Assembly (NCBI GenBank): GCA_001784435.1
Contig: MFQZ01000003.1
Location: forward strand, 3,022 to 67,021
Source of the DNA: Candidatus Magasanikbacteria bacterium RIFOXYC2_FULL_42_28
GTDB taxonomy: Bacteria > Patescibacteriota > Patescibacteriia > Magasanikbacterales > GWA2-37-8
Reading direction: 5' to 3'
Length of the DNA: 64,000 bases
The notes beneath the pieces were generated by a model. The model was given only the letters and a program-made list of their open reading frames with translations, was not told the DNA's origin and did not search any database. Positions within the stretch are counted from its first letter, which is position 1, and the number at the start of each line of letters is the position of its first letter. Below, piece after piece: positions 55,407 to 64,000 of the stretch. The translations under genes and the position numbers were made by a program.

Positions 55407-55953
55407 CCATATGAACCTACGCAGTTTTATCCATCAAAAATCTTACGAAAAAATTGTTCGCACGGTGCGTCGGCATCCGCTTACTTTTGTGCCGTATATT
55501 TTAACTTTTGCCGTGCTCGCCAGTGTCCCAATAATTGTTTGGTGGCTTTTAAATAACGCTTTTTCCGCTATTGCCGGCAATCAAACTATTTACATTTTGG
55601 CGGTGCTGTTCGGTAGTATGTATTATTTGTCATTATGTTTATTTTTCTATTCCTATTTTACGACGTTTTATTTGGATATGTGGATTATAACCAACGACCG
55701 CTTTATTGATGTGCGTCAAATCAGTTTGTTCGCCCGTTCGGTATCGGAAACGGATTTATACCAAATTCAAGATGTTACTTCCGAAGTCATCGGCCTGTTC
55801 GCCACTATTTTTCACTACGGTGATATCACTATTCAAACCGCGAGCGCCGTGCCCAAATTTATTATCCGCGATGCCAAAAATCCCCACGAGTTGCGCCAAC
55901 TGATTTTGGATTTGGCGACGGAGGATAAAAAGTTTCATAATCAAACTACTTAA
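55372..55953 (+). CDS. membrane protein (193 aa, ~3 TM) of unknown function
   Basis: Hydrophobic N-terminal half and soluble C-terminal half; ORF only. Confidence 0.35.
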   Translation: MVGLARLPMYINHMNLRSFIHQKSYEKIVRTVRRHPLTFVPYILTFAVLASVPIIVWWLLNNAFSAIAGNQTIYILAVLFGSMYYLSLCLFFYSYFTTFYLDMWIITNDRFIDVRQISLFARSVSETDLYQIQDVTSEVIGLFATIFHYGDITIQTASAVPKFIIRDAKNPHELRQLILDLATEDKKFHNQTT

Positions 55954-56010
55954 AACACAAATACAAAAAAATCCTAAACAAAATCTGGATATTTTTTAAT
56001 ATCTAATTTT

Positions 56011-56361
56011 TTACTCCTGACCCCACAACAAATAAAAACGCTTTCTAAAAGAATCAGCAACTTTTTTATCACTTAATTTAATGAAAGTCCTATCATCAGG
56101 CAAACTAATCAAAATTTTATTTTCATATATCAAAAAAACTGCTGGCGTCGTAACACTGTCTTTAAAATACTTAACCTGTGTGTGGTTAATATATCTTAAA
56201 CGCTCGCCAATATCCTGAGCAATATTATGTAAAAATATTTTAGCTTTAATTCCCTTCTCTGCTCTTTTTTTATGAAAATTTACAATAAATTTTGAAAATT
56301 CTAAATCAAAATTAAAAATCCCCATTACCAAAAGCTCATCACCGTATTTTAAAATTTCCAA
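56011..56361 (-). CDS. hypothetical protein (116 aa)
   Basis: ORF only. Confidence 0.3.
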   Translation of the reverse strand: MEILKYGDELLVMGIFNFDLEFSKFIVNFHKKRAEKGIKAKIFLHNIAQDIGERLRYINHTQVKYFKDSVTTPAVFLIYENKILISLPDDRTFIKLSDKKVADSFRKRFYLLWGQE

Positions 56362-56448
56362 AATATTACCAAAGGCCTTTTCAAACCCTTCAGATCCGCT
56401 ATAGATAACAATGAAATAGATGGCGCTTTTATCATCGCAACTTTAGCC

Positions 56449-57939
56449 ATGCAATTAAACGCTGTTGATCATTTAGATTTGAAAACATTACTGCTGGGTC
56501 ACCGTGAAGGATTGGGATTGGTAGTAAATAAAAATATTGTCAAAAGTGCTGACTTGGTCGGTAAAACAATCGCTGTCCCGCACGAATTGTCTACTCATCA
56601 CATTTTGCTAAAAAAATTCCTGGCAAAAGAGGGTTTAAACAGCACACAGGTCAAAATCAAACAAGTTGACCCGCCAGATTTTGTTAGACAGTTGTCAAAA
56701 AAACAAATTGATGGTTATTTTGGTTCCGAACCATTTGGTTCTCAAGCCGAAGAACAATTTATCGGCAAAATTTTTAAACTTTCTAAAGACATTCAAAAAA
56801 ACCACATTGACTGCGTGCTGGCGATTGACAACGAGTGGGTAAAAAATAACGAAACGGCTACGCAGGAATTTGTTCAAAGTTTGGTAAAAGCCGGCCAATT
56901 AATCCACAACAAACCAATTAAGGCCAGCGAAATTGGCGCAAAATTTTTAAACCAATCCCAAAAGGTTATTTACAATGTATTGGCGCCTAAAAAAAGTCAT
57001 TTGACTGCCTGGGATTTGGCGCCTATTTCAGACGAATTTGTCGAACTGCAATCTTGGGGTAAAAAATTACATATTTTAAAATCAGTAATTGACATTGATT
57101 CCTTTGTAGAACCAAAATTTGCTAAAATAGCTTACACTGAATTAGCTGAAAAAAAAGCAACCAAAAAAAATACAATAGAAATATTAAAAAAAGTTTTCTA
57201 TCCGACAGCGTCGTTTGTATTTATCTTTGGCTTATGGGAAATATTGTCCCGTCTGGGCGTTTTTGCAAACAACATTATGCCCGCTCCCTCGGAAATTTGG
57301 GTAGCACTGAAAGATGTGGCACGTTCTGGGGTTTTAGCGCAAAATGCTTGGGCCAGTTTGTATAGAGTTTTTGCCGGATTTTTGATAGCGACCACATTGG
57401 CCATTCCGATGGGCCTTATTATTGGCAGTAAAAAATATTTACACACCACTTTTAACCCACTGATTCAAATCATCCGTACAATTTCTCCAATTTCATGGAT
57501 ACCGCTCGCGATCTTATGGTTCGGCATTGGCAACCAGCCAGCTATTTTTATCATATTTATTACTGCATTTTTTCCAATTCTGTTGTCCACAATGTTGGCG
57601 GTAAAAAACGTTGATCCAATATTAATAAAAGTAGCAGAAAACTTTGGCGCGACCGGTAATAAATTACTATTTAAAATAATCCTGCCTGCCATATTCCCTT
57701 ATATCATTATTGGGCTGCGCGTAAGTTTGGGGATTGCTTGGGTGATAGTGGTGGCGGCCGAAATGGTCGGCATGACTTCTGGGTTAGGGTATATGATTTT
57801 AGACGCCAGAAATTTTTTACGCACCGATTTAATTATTGCCGGCATGTTAGTGATTGGTCTAATCGGTTTTGCATTAGATTCTATGCTGGAATACTTTGAA
57901 AAACGTGCCAAAGCCGCTTGGGGACTTAAACAACAATAA
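56449..57939 (+). CDS. ABC importer fusion: NitT/TauT-family (SsuA/NMT1-like) substrate-binding domain + permease domain; binding domain appears N-terminally truncated (no signal peptide)
   Basis: N-terminal ~240 aa SBP-like (GKTIAVPHELSTHHILLKKFLAKEGL..., GYFGSEPFGSQAE). C-terminal 6-TM permease with the EAA-type loop (VAENFGATGNKLLFKIILPAIFPYIIIGLRVSLGIAWVIVVAAEMVG). No ATG is available upstream in frame before a stop at 56350. Confidence 0.65.
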   Translation: MQLNAVDHLDLKTLLLGHREGLGLVVNKNIVKSADLVGKTIAVPHELSTHHILLKKFLAKEGLNSTQVKIKQVDPPDFVRQLSKKQIDGYFGSEPFGSQAEEQFIGKIFKLSKDIQKNHIDCVLAIDNEWVKNNETATQEFVQSLVKAGQLIHNKPIKASEIGAKFLNQSQKVIYNVLAPKKSHLTAWDLAPISDEFVELQSWGKKLHILKSVIDIDSFVEPKFAKIAYTELAEKKATKKNTIEILKKVFYPTASFVFIFGLWEILSRLGVFANNIMPAPSEIWVALKDVARSGVLAQNAWASLYRVFAGFLIATTLAIPMGLIIGSKKYLHTTFNPLIQIIRTISPISWIPLAILWFGIGNQPAIFIIFITAFFPILLSTMLAVKNVDPILIKVAENFGATGNKLLFKIILPAIFPYIIIGLRVSLGIAWVIVVAAEMVGMTSGLGYMILDARNFLRTDLIIAGMLVIGLIGFALDSMLEYFEKRAKAAWGLKQQ

Positions 57940-57941
57940 AT

Positions 57942-58694
57942 ATGTCACTGATCCAAATACAAAACGTCAATAAACTTTATACCGGTGCCATCAAACAAGA
58001 CGAAAATTACGCGCTGGATATGGTTAACTTTGATATTAAACCGGGAGAATTTTTTTGCGTGCTTGGTCCTTCGGGTTGTGGCAAAACCACTCTACTCAAT
58101 ATCATGGCCGGATTTGAGAAACCAACTAATGGCAAAATTATTATCAACGGCTCCGAGGTTACTGGCCCATCCCCTAAAAATATCGTAGTATTTCAAGAAT
58201 ATGGCCTATTCCCTTGGAAAACAGTAGAAAAAAATATTGAATTTCCTTTAAATTTAAATAAAACAAATGAAGAAACCAAAAGTAAAATCATCAAAGAAAT
58301 TTTAGAATTGGTAAATTTAAGCGACTTTGCTAATAAAACACCAGCAGAATTATCAGGTGGTATGAAACAAAGGGTGGCTTTGGCGCGCGCGTTAGTGGTC
58401 CAACCAGAAATACTGTTTATGGATGAGCCCTTTGCTGCGCTGGACGAAATGACTAGAATAAAATTAGAACGAGAATTGCTAAAAATCTGGAAAGGAAGAA
58501 AAATAACAGTGGTGTTTGTTACCCACAACATAGACAGTGCTATTACTCTTGGCGACAGAATAGCAGTGATGACTCCTTGCCCCGGGAAAATCAAAAATAT
58601 CCTTGATGTTAATCTTAAACGCCCTCGGGATATTACTTCCAATGAATTTGAAAATCTCAAAAAAGAAATTTTGGTAGAATTTGATATCCAATAA
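57942..58694 (+). CDS. ABC transporter ATP-binding protein (NitT/TauT family)
   Basis: Walker A LGPSGCGKTTLLN, signature LSGGMKQRVALARAL, Walker B ILFMDEPFAALD. Confidence 0.85.
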   Translation: MSLIQIQNVNKLYTGAIKQDENYALDMVNFDIKPGEFFCVLGPSGCGKTTLLNIMAGFEKPTNGKIIINGSEVTGPSPKNIVVFQEYGLFPWKTVEKNIEFPLNLNKTNEETKSKIIKEILELVNLSDFANKTPAELSGGMKQRVALARALVVQPEILFMDEPFAALDEMTRIKLERELLKIWKGRKITVVFVTHNIDSAITLGDRIAVMTPCPGKIKNILDVNLKRPRDITSNEFENLKKEILVEFDIQ

Positions 58695-58754
58695 ATATTT
58701 AAATATCATCCAAATTAAAAATACCCCGAGCGGGATATTTTTTTGTTTTTAAAC

Positions 58755-59111
58755 TTATACCAATCCAACCGCCGGCAAAACTTTTTTTAGCTTGTCAAAA
58801 TTATCATTATGTCGTTTAACATCGCGCGCCATAAAGGTAATTTCTTCATCTTTCTTTCGATAATAACCGGCAATTTCATCAAATGTCTTCATTACTTTTG
58901 AAAAATCACTTTTGGTCATCATGTTTTGTTCAATCCGATCAAGTCGTTCAGTGTGATCAACAACAGTACGAGCAATGATATCTAATTGGCAGTCATGATC
59001 GTCCAACCGCTTATTCATCGCCTCAAATTGGGCATCGTGCTCAATTAATTTTTTATTCAACACCACAAATTGGGCATCGTGCTCCGTAAGTTTTTCCATT
59101 ACTTCATCCAT
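58755..59111 (-). CDS. hypothetical coiled-coil protein (118 aa) with repeated EHDAQF heptads
   Basis: LTEHDAQFVVLNKKLIEHDAQFEAMNKRLDDHDCQLD; no family recognised. Confidence 0.35.
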   Translation of the reverse strand: MDEVMEKLTEHDAQFVVLNKKLIEHDAQFEAMNKRLDDHDCQLDIIARTVVDHTERLDRIEQNMMTKSDFSKVMKTFDEIAGYYRKKDEEITFMARDVKRHNDNFDKLKKVLPAVGLV

Positions 59112-59158
59112 AAAAAATTTTTAGACACTTTAATTATACGCCCTTAACAATCGCCCTG

Positions 59159-60148
59159 TCAATACACCTTCTCCACCGCCACCCCCGTATAATAATATTG
59201 TAAAATTTGTAAATAATCCCAGCCATCGCGTTTGGCTCGCGCGCGCGCGTCATAGCAACTCATCCCGACGCCGTGGCCGTATTTCTTTTTGCCTTTGTCA
59301 TAAATCGCCACGACCGGTTGGAGCCACGGCTTATCAATTCCACCCCAAACCTGTTTGGATGTCTTGGTTATACCATTGGAATTGGCAAAATAGGGCGCGG
59401 TAACGGTCCGGCCGTTGTAAGTGACCATCTGCCCATAAGTATCAGTCGCCGCTTGCGCCACTTTGGGCATACTCATTTCCGAATTATACCCCAAATACAA
59501 TTGATCCACGGTCGTAGCATAAACATCAAAAAAACTTTTTGATACGGGCACGCTCCGATCAATATTTATAAACCCATAACTACGCGCGGCAACAAGCAAC
59601 GCTTTGATATATTCAATCGGGTCGTTGTTGCCGGTCTCGCCGATGCCAGCGACATATTGCTCCAACGGCAATTCATTTACTACCCAGGGCATTTTGCTTT
59701 TGGGCGAATAAATATATTCCAAAGTGCCCCGATAAGCATTGAAATTGGTTTTGCCTTTATACGCGAGCGTTCTTTTGTATTCTAAAATTGTAAAATATCC
59801 GGCCGGATCTAACGGCACTAACCGAATCGGATCAGTAGTATCCAAATCAATTTCCGCGGTTTTAATAAAATACGCGCCTTTTTTATACGACAAGGTTGTA
59901 GTCGCGCCCGGCATCAATACACCGACTAAAACCTCTCCCAAATATATTTGATGAGTATAATCAGACACAAACTGCACCGGCAAAGCGGATTTAAATAATC
60001 CAACGCGAATATTTGGTTCGGGCGACAAGGCCGTGCTGTAGCCGGTAAACGGGTCAATTTCAGCGACTACTACCTGCTCAGCCCAAGCGGTCTTGGTTAA
60101 AATCAAAGAAAAGGCCAGTAAAAGTAAGATTGGATAAATTTTTTTCAT
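59159..60148 (-). CDS. SpoIID/LytB domain protein (cell-wall amidase enhancer family), secreted
   Basis: Signal peptide MKKIYPILLLLAFSLILTKTAWA; C-terminal SpoIID-like conserved block (YFANSNGITKTSKQVWGG...KYGHGVGMSCYDARARAKRDGWDYLQILQYYYTG). Confidence 0.7.
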   Translation of the reverse strand: MKKIYPILLLLAFSLILTKTAWAEQVVVAEIDPFTGYSTALSPEPNIRVGLFKSALPVQFVSDYTHQIYLGEVLVGVLMPGATTTLSYKKGAYFIKTAEIDLDTTDPIRLVPLDPAGYFTILEYKRTLAYKGKTNFNAYRGTLEYIYSPKSKMPWVVNELPLEQYVAGIGETGNNDPIEYIKALLVAARSYGFINIDRSVPVSKSFFDVYATTVDQLYLGYNSEMSMPKVAQAATDTYGQMVTYNGRTVTAPYFANSNGITKTSKQVWGGIDKPWLQPVVAIYDKGKKKYGHGVGMSCYDARARAKRDGWDYLQILQYYYTGVAVEKVY

Positions 60149-60179
60149 AGGTGAATATTATACCACATTTTGATAATGT

Positions 60180-60305
60180 TGTTAATATCAAATTGTTAAT
60201 TTCAAAATCCAAATTTCCAATTTCCAATCAAATCCAAAATTCTAATATCAAATTTTACATTTTGGCTTTGACATTGATTTGACATTGGAAATTGGAAATT
60301 TGACA
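60180..60305. repeat. AT-rich divergent-promoter region containing the TTTGACATTGATTTGACATTG repeat and (GGAAATT)2
   Basis: ggctttgacattgatttgacattggaaattggaaatttgacatt. The 21-mer is identical to 24841-24861; TTGACA is reiterated three times. Confidence 0.45.
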
Positions 60306-60386
60306 TTAATCGACTACAATTTACACATAAATAATTGCAAATTTAGTGATATTTAGATATACTTAATGCAAAGTTAACTATTACCA

Positions 60387-61826
60387 ATGTCCCTCATCCG
60401 CCAAATCGCCTACAACACCGGCGTACAAATTTCCGGCAAACTTTTGAGCACCGCGCTTGGCATCGCGGCAATTATGATTATGACGCGCACGCTCGGGGCT
60501 GAACAATTCGGCTGGTACGCCACGGCCACCGGTTTTTTACAATTTGTCGGATTATTTTCGGATTTTGGATTCACCGTGACCACTTCCAATATGCTGTCCG
60601 AGCCCCGCTTTGACAAAACCCGCTTGCTCAATACTATTTTTTCTTGGCGCCTCCTCACCGCTCTAATTTTCAACGGCCTGGCGCCGTTTATTTTTTTATT
60701 TTTGCCCTATCCGGCCGAATTAAAATACGCCGTCTTCACCCTCTCACTATCTTTTTTTGCCATTGCTTTAAGCCAAATATTTTTCGGATATTACCAGGCC
60801 AAGCTTCGCGCCGGCACGCTCGTCGTTGGCGAAATTTTTGGTCGCACGGCGCTCGTTATCGGCACCGCGCTCGTGGCTTATTTTGGTCTGGGACTAATGC
60901 CAATTATCTGGCTCATCAGCGGGGCCGCGATTTTAAATTTAATTTATTTGTGGTCAAACGCCCCGGCCGTGCGCTTATGTTTTGATCGTGAAATTTCGCG
61001 CGCCCTTTATACCAAAATTTGGCCCAATGCCAGCGCGGTTTTGTTAAATTCTTTTTATCTTCAAGGCGATCGCGTTATTTTGCCAATGTTTGTCGCACAA
61101 ACCACGGTGGGATTATACAGCGCGGCCTATCGCGTTTTAGATATCATTATCCAAATTTCCGCCCTGACCATGGGACTGCTTATGCCTCTTATCACCACGG
61201 CCTATATGAGTGGCGATCGCTTGGAATTTCAAAAACGCTGTAACTTGTCGCTTAATTTAACCGCGCTCATCACCCTACCGATGCTAGCCGGTGGCATGGC
61301 TCTGGCCGAACCAATTATGCGTTTTGTCGGTGGCGCGGAATTTGGCGCTTCCGGACCAATTTTACGCGTTTTAATGTTAGCGGTATTCGGAGTATGTTTA
61401 GGAATGGTATTTGGCCATATCAATTTAGCGATTAATCGCCAACGTCAAGCCCTGTGGATTTATGGCTCGGACGCGCTCCTAAGTATTATTGGTTATTTTA
61501 TTTTTATACCGCGCTACGGCATCACCGGCGCGCTGACTGTCACCATATTTTCCCAAATTTACGCCGGCATTTTACTAATGGCGCTCGCCTATCGCGCCGG
61601 CAAATTATCTTTAAATTTTTTACCGCTGACAAAAATAATTTTGGCGAGCGCACTTATGGCCGGCGCGCTCTATTTTACCCCACCCTATAATTTAGCAATA
61701 AAAATTTTAATCGGCATCGCGGTCTATGGTGCCTCGGTCGTGGCGCTCGAAATTATCTCTTGGGAAACCGTCAAAGCAATTTTGGCCAAATCACCAGTTG
61801 TCATTAAACCGGCAAATGAGGTATAA
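60387..61826 (+). CDS. polysaccharide biosynthesis / oligosaccharide flippase family protein (Wzx/MurJ-like MOP superfamily)
   Basis: 479 aa with about 12-14 TM. N-terminus MSLIRQIAYNTGVQISGKLLSTALGIAAIMIMTRTLGAEQFG, typical of the polysaccharide_synt family. Confidence 0.65.
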   Translation: MSLIRQIAYNTGVQISGKLLSTALGIAAIMIMTRTLGAEQFGWYATATGFLQFVGLFSDFGFTVTTSNMLSEPRFDKTRLLNTIFSWRLLTALIFNGLAPFIFLFLPYPAELKYAVFTLSLSFFAIALSQIFFGYYQAKLRAGTLVVGEIFGRTALVIGTALVAYFGLGLMPIIWLISGAAILNLIYLWSNAPAVRLCFDREISRALYTKIWPNASAVLLNSFYLQGDRVILPMFVAQTTVGLYSAAYRVLDIIIQISALTMGLLMPLITTAYMSGDRLEFQKRCNLSLNLTALITLPMLAGGMALAEPIMRFVGGAEFGASGPILRVLMLAVFGVCLGMVFGHINLAINRQRQALWIYGSDALLSIIGYFIFIPRYGITGALTVTIFSQIYAGILLMALAYRAGKLSLNFLPLTKIILASALMAGALYFTPPYNLAIKILIGIAVYGASVVALEIISWETVKAILAKSPVVIKPANEV

Positions 61827-61905
61827 TAGTGATGCGAAATTAACTAATTCACTAATTTCTAATTCGCTAATTATCCACTACATTAATAAACTTTAAAACT
61901 AACAT

Positions 61906-62955
61906 ATGGACTTTTCTAAAATTCGCAACTATCTTTTTTTGGGGTCGCTTCTTATCGTCACATTATTATTTTTAAATCTCTTGCGACCATTCGCCTATGT
62001 AATTTTTTGGGCGGCGGTATTGGCCGCGATGTCTTATCCGGTTTATAAAAAAGTCAATGCGCGTTTGGCTCATCCGGATTTAAGCGCGATTATCACTCTA
62101 TCTTTAATTTTAATAGTCATCATTGTTCCGGTATTAATGATTGGCTCACTGCTAGTAACTCAATCAGTCAACACTTACGCCACCTTTAGCAACGACGGCC
62201 GAATTGGCACTTGGATTTCCGATGTTGCCAATTGGTTACGCGATAACCCCCTCACGGCCTCGCTAAATGTAGACGACGCTTTTTGGACCGAAAAATTTTC
62301 GAGCGCCGCCCAAAGTATCACTGGTTGGTTGTTTAATTTCGCCCGACAATTAACGCAGGACTCATTTAAATTTTTTGGGCTGTTTGCTATCATGGCCTAT
62401 ACTTTATTTTTCCTAATTCGGGATGGTGAAAAAATGTTAAAAAAATTAATGCACTTATGTCCGCTCGGTGATAAATATGAAGAAAAACTTTACGCTAAAT
62501 TTGTGGCCACGGCCGGCGCCACTATCCGAGGCAATTTAACGGTGGCAGTAATTCAAGGCGCGCTCGGCGGAATACTTTTTGCCGTAACCGGCATACCGGC
62601 ACCGCTCGTGTGGGGAGTAATTATGACTTTGCTCGCGATGATCCCGGGCATCGGCACTTTCTTGGTTTGGTTACCGGTCGGAGTGGTGATGTTGATTTTA
62701 GGCAATGTTTGGGAGGGCGTGCTTATCATCACATTGGGGGCACTCGTAATTAGCACCATTGATAATTTCCTGCGACCGGTTTTAGTCGGTAAAACCATTT
62801 CTTTGCACCCCTTAACAATCTTCTTTTCCACTTTGGGCGGAATTATCGTGTTTGGCCCCTCGGGCTTCATCATCGGCCCCATTATCGCCTCGCTCGCCGT
62901 GGCGTTTTGGGATATGTATGAGGATTATTATCGGAGTGAATTAGAAAATAATTAA
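61906..62955 (+). CDS. AI-2E family transporter (UPF0118/PerM-like)
   Basis: 349 aa with 7-8 TM; C-terminal conserved region LRPVLVGKTISLHPLTIFFSTLGGIIVFGPSGFIIGPII. Confidence 0.7.
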   Translation: MDFSKIRNYLFLGSLLIVTLLFLNLLRPFAYVIFWAAVLAAMSYPVYKKVNARLAHPDLSAIITLSLILIVIIVPVLMIGSLLVTQSVNTYATFSNDGRIGTWISDVANWLRDNPLTASLNVDDAFWTEKFSSAAQSITGWLFNFARQLTQDSFKFFGLFAIMAYTLFFLIRDGEKMLKKLMHLCPLGDKYEEKLYAKFVATAGATIRGNLTVAVIQGALGGILFAVTGIPAPLVWGVIMTLLAMIPGIGTFLVWLPVGVVMLILGNVWEGVLIITLGALVISTIDNFLRPVLVGKTISLHPLTIFFSTLGGIIVFGPSGFIIGPIIASLAVAFWDMYEDYYRSELENN

Positions 62956-63020
62956 AATATTGTATTATTTAAACAAAATATCCCGACTTAACCGGGATAT
63001 TTTGTTATCAGGGGTCGGGT

Positions 63021-63797
63021 TTATTTAGCATTTTGCCAAGCCAACTCAAACGTAATTTTTAAAAAATCCGCGAAGGTTTGACTCTGAATTTCAAAAGCGA
63101 CATTTTCGGTTGGCTTAGACAACATCACAATCACTTTGTCGTCAAAAATATTTATTTCCCCGGCCGTGGAAAAGCGCGCGTCCGGTTCAAGCCAACGATA
63201 CTCGGTGACGGCTCGTAAGTTTTTATTTCCTTTATATGTTTTGTTATACCACGCAAGCGCAATATCACTTTTAATTGCTAACACTTTTTCTTTGATTTTT
63301 AATTTGGTCCGCTCACGGGACTGGCGCGCCCCAACCTCATCAAACATTTCGGCATAATTTTTTAAATTCAAAATTGAATACACCTCGCTTTTTGCAGTCA
63401 ACACGTGTAAATATAAATTTATCATCTCTTCTTTGCCCTGCCCAAATTTTACCATCGGCTTTAAATCTGATTTAAACAAGGCCTGCAAATCGGGAAAAAC
63501 CGATCCTAATTCTCTTAGACGAAACTCGGCCTGTTGTCTTTTATTTTCCAAATATTGACGTAAATGATAAGGCGGTTCAGCGGTATATATTTTGGTCTTA
63601 CCGGTTAATGCCCGATTAGCAACTCCGCGCAGACACAAACGCTCTAAAATATCATAACCGGTGGTACGATTTAATTTAGCCGCTTTGCTTATATCAGTTA
63701 CTGCGCCCTTGCCTAATTCTAAAAGAGCCACATAAACCTTGGCTTCGTTGGGTAGCAGGCCTAATTTTTCTAAACGCTCATTTAATGATAATTCCAT
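63021..63797 (-). CDS. TrmB-family transcriptional regulator (second copy)
   Basis: N-terminal wHTH LGLLPNEAKVYVALLELGKGAVTDISKAAKLNRTTGYDILERLCLRGV. Paralogue of 42047..42778. Confidence 0.7.
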   Translation of the reverse strand: MELSLNERLEKLGLLPNEAKVYVALLELGKGAVTDISKAAKLNRTTGYDILERLCLRGVANRALTGKTKIYTAEPPYHLRQYLENKRQQAEFRLRELGSVFPDLQALFKSDLKPMVKFGQGKEEMINLYLHVLTAKSEVYSILNLKNYAEMFDEVGARQSRERTKLKIKEKVLAIKSDIALAWYNKTYKGNKNLRAVTEYRWLEPDARFSTAGEINIFDDKVIVMLSKPTENVAFEIQSQTFADFLKITFELAWQNAK

Positions 63798-64000
63798 ATA
63801 TGTTTATAATAGCATATTAATTAGAATATGTCAAGATACGCCGACATTTTTTAATATATTTATATATTTTGCTTTATTTTAGCCAAATTTTGTATATTTT
63901 ATTATTGGTTAGTATTGACAATAATATAGATATACATTATAATAGCTCATCTTGCTACAAAAATAACGCGCGGTGGATAACTGACCAAAACACATATTTA

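Overview
This 64 kb window looks like part of a small bacterial genome at roughly 40% GC. It has short intergenic spacers, weak Shine-Dalgarno sequences, many hypothetical membrane and secreted proteins, and an rpoB-rpoC pair without ribosomal protein genes upstream, all of which fit a Candidate Phyla Radiation / Patescibacteria-like organism. That lineage assignment is an inference. Housekeeping genes recognised directly from the translations are uvrA (partial), secG, RNase J, miaA, ruvC, rpoC, rpoB, a class II B12-dependent ribonucleotide reductase (nrdJ), ruvB and a PduO-type cobalamin adenosyltransferase. There is a cell-envelope glycosylation cluster (polyprenyl-phosphate sugar transferase, two GT4 glycosyltransferases, a DUF4012-like protein, a repeat-domain surface protein, a flippase and a SpoIID/LytB protein), a myo-inositol-1-phosphate synthase cluster, two TrmB-family regulators and two ABC importers. 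Two tRNA-Leu genes are present (anticodons CAG and UAA). The standout feature is a complete diversity-generating retroelement (DGR) at about 48.9-51.4 kb. It has a reverse transcriptase carrying the DGR-specific IGNLTSQ motif, an Avd-like four-helix-bundle gene on the opposite strand, and a 118-bp template repeat / variable repeat pair. Those two repeats differ at 14 positions, every one of which is an adenine in the template repeat, and the template repeat is built from AAC codons. The target is a small GC-rich gene of unknown fold. Directly beside the DGR sits an AbiEi/AbiEii type IV toxin-antitoxin pair. A cytoplasmic MgtE-N/CBS sensor protein is paired with an NRAMP-family transporter whose metal-site residues are substituted in the way reported for NRAMP-related Mg2+ transporters (DPGN to DAGG, and Met to Thr in TM6). 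Several families of short palindromic repeats occur throughout; some copies sit in-frame inside miaA, a glycosyltransferase, the DUF4012-like gene and nrdJ. A phage-type HNH homing endonuclease gene abuts tRNA-Leu(UAA). No rRNA genes and no CRISPR arrays were seen.
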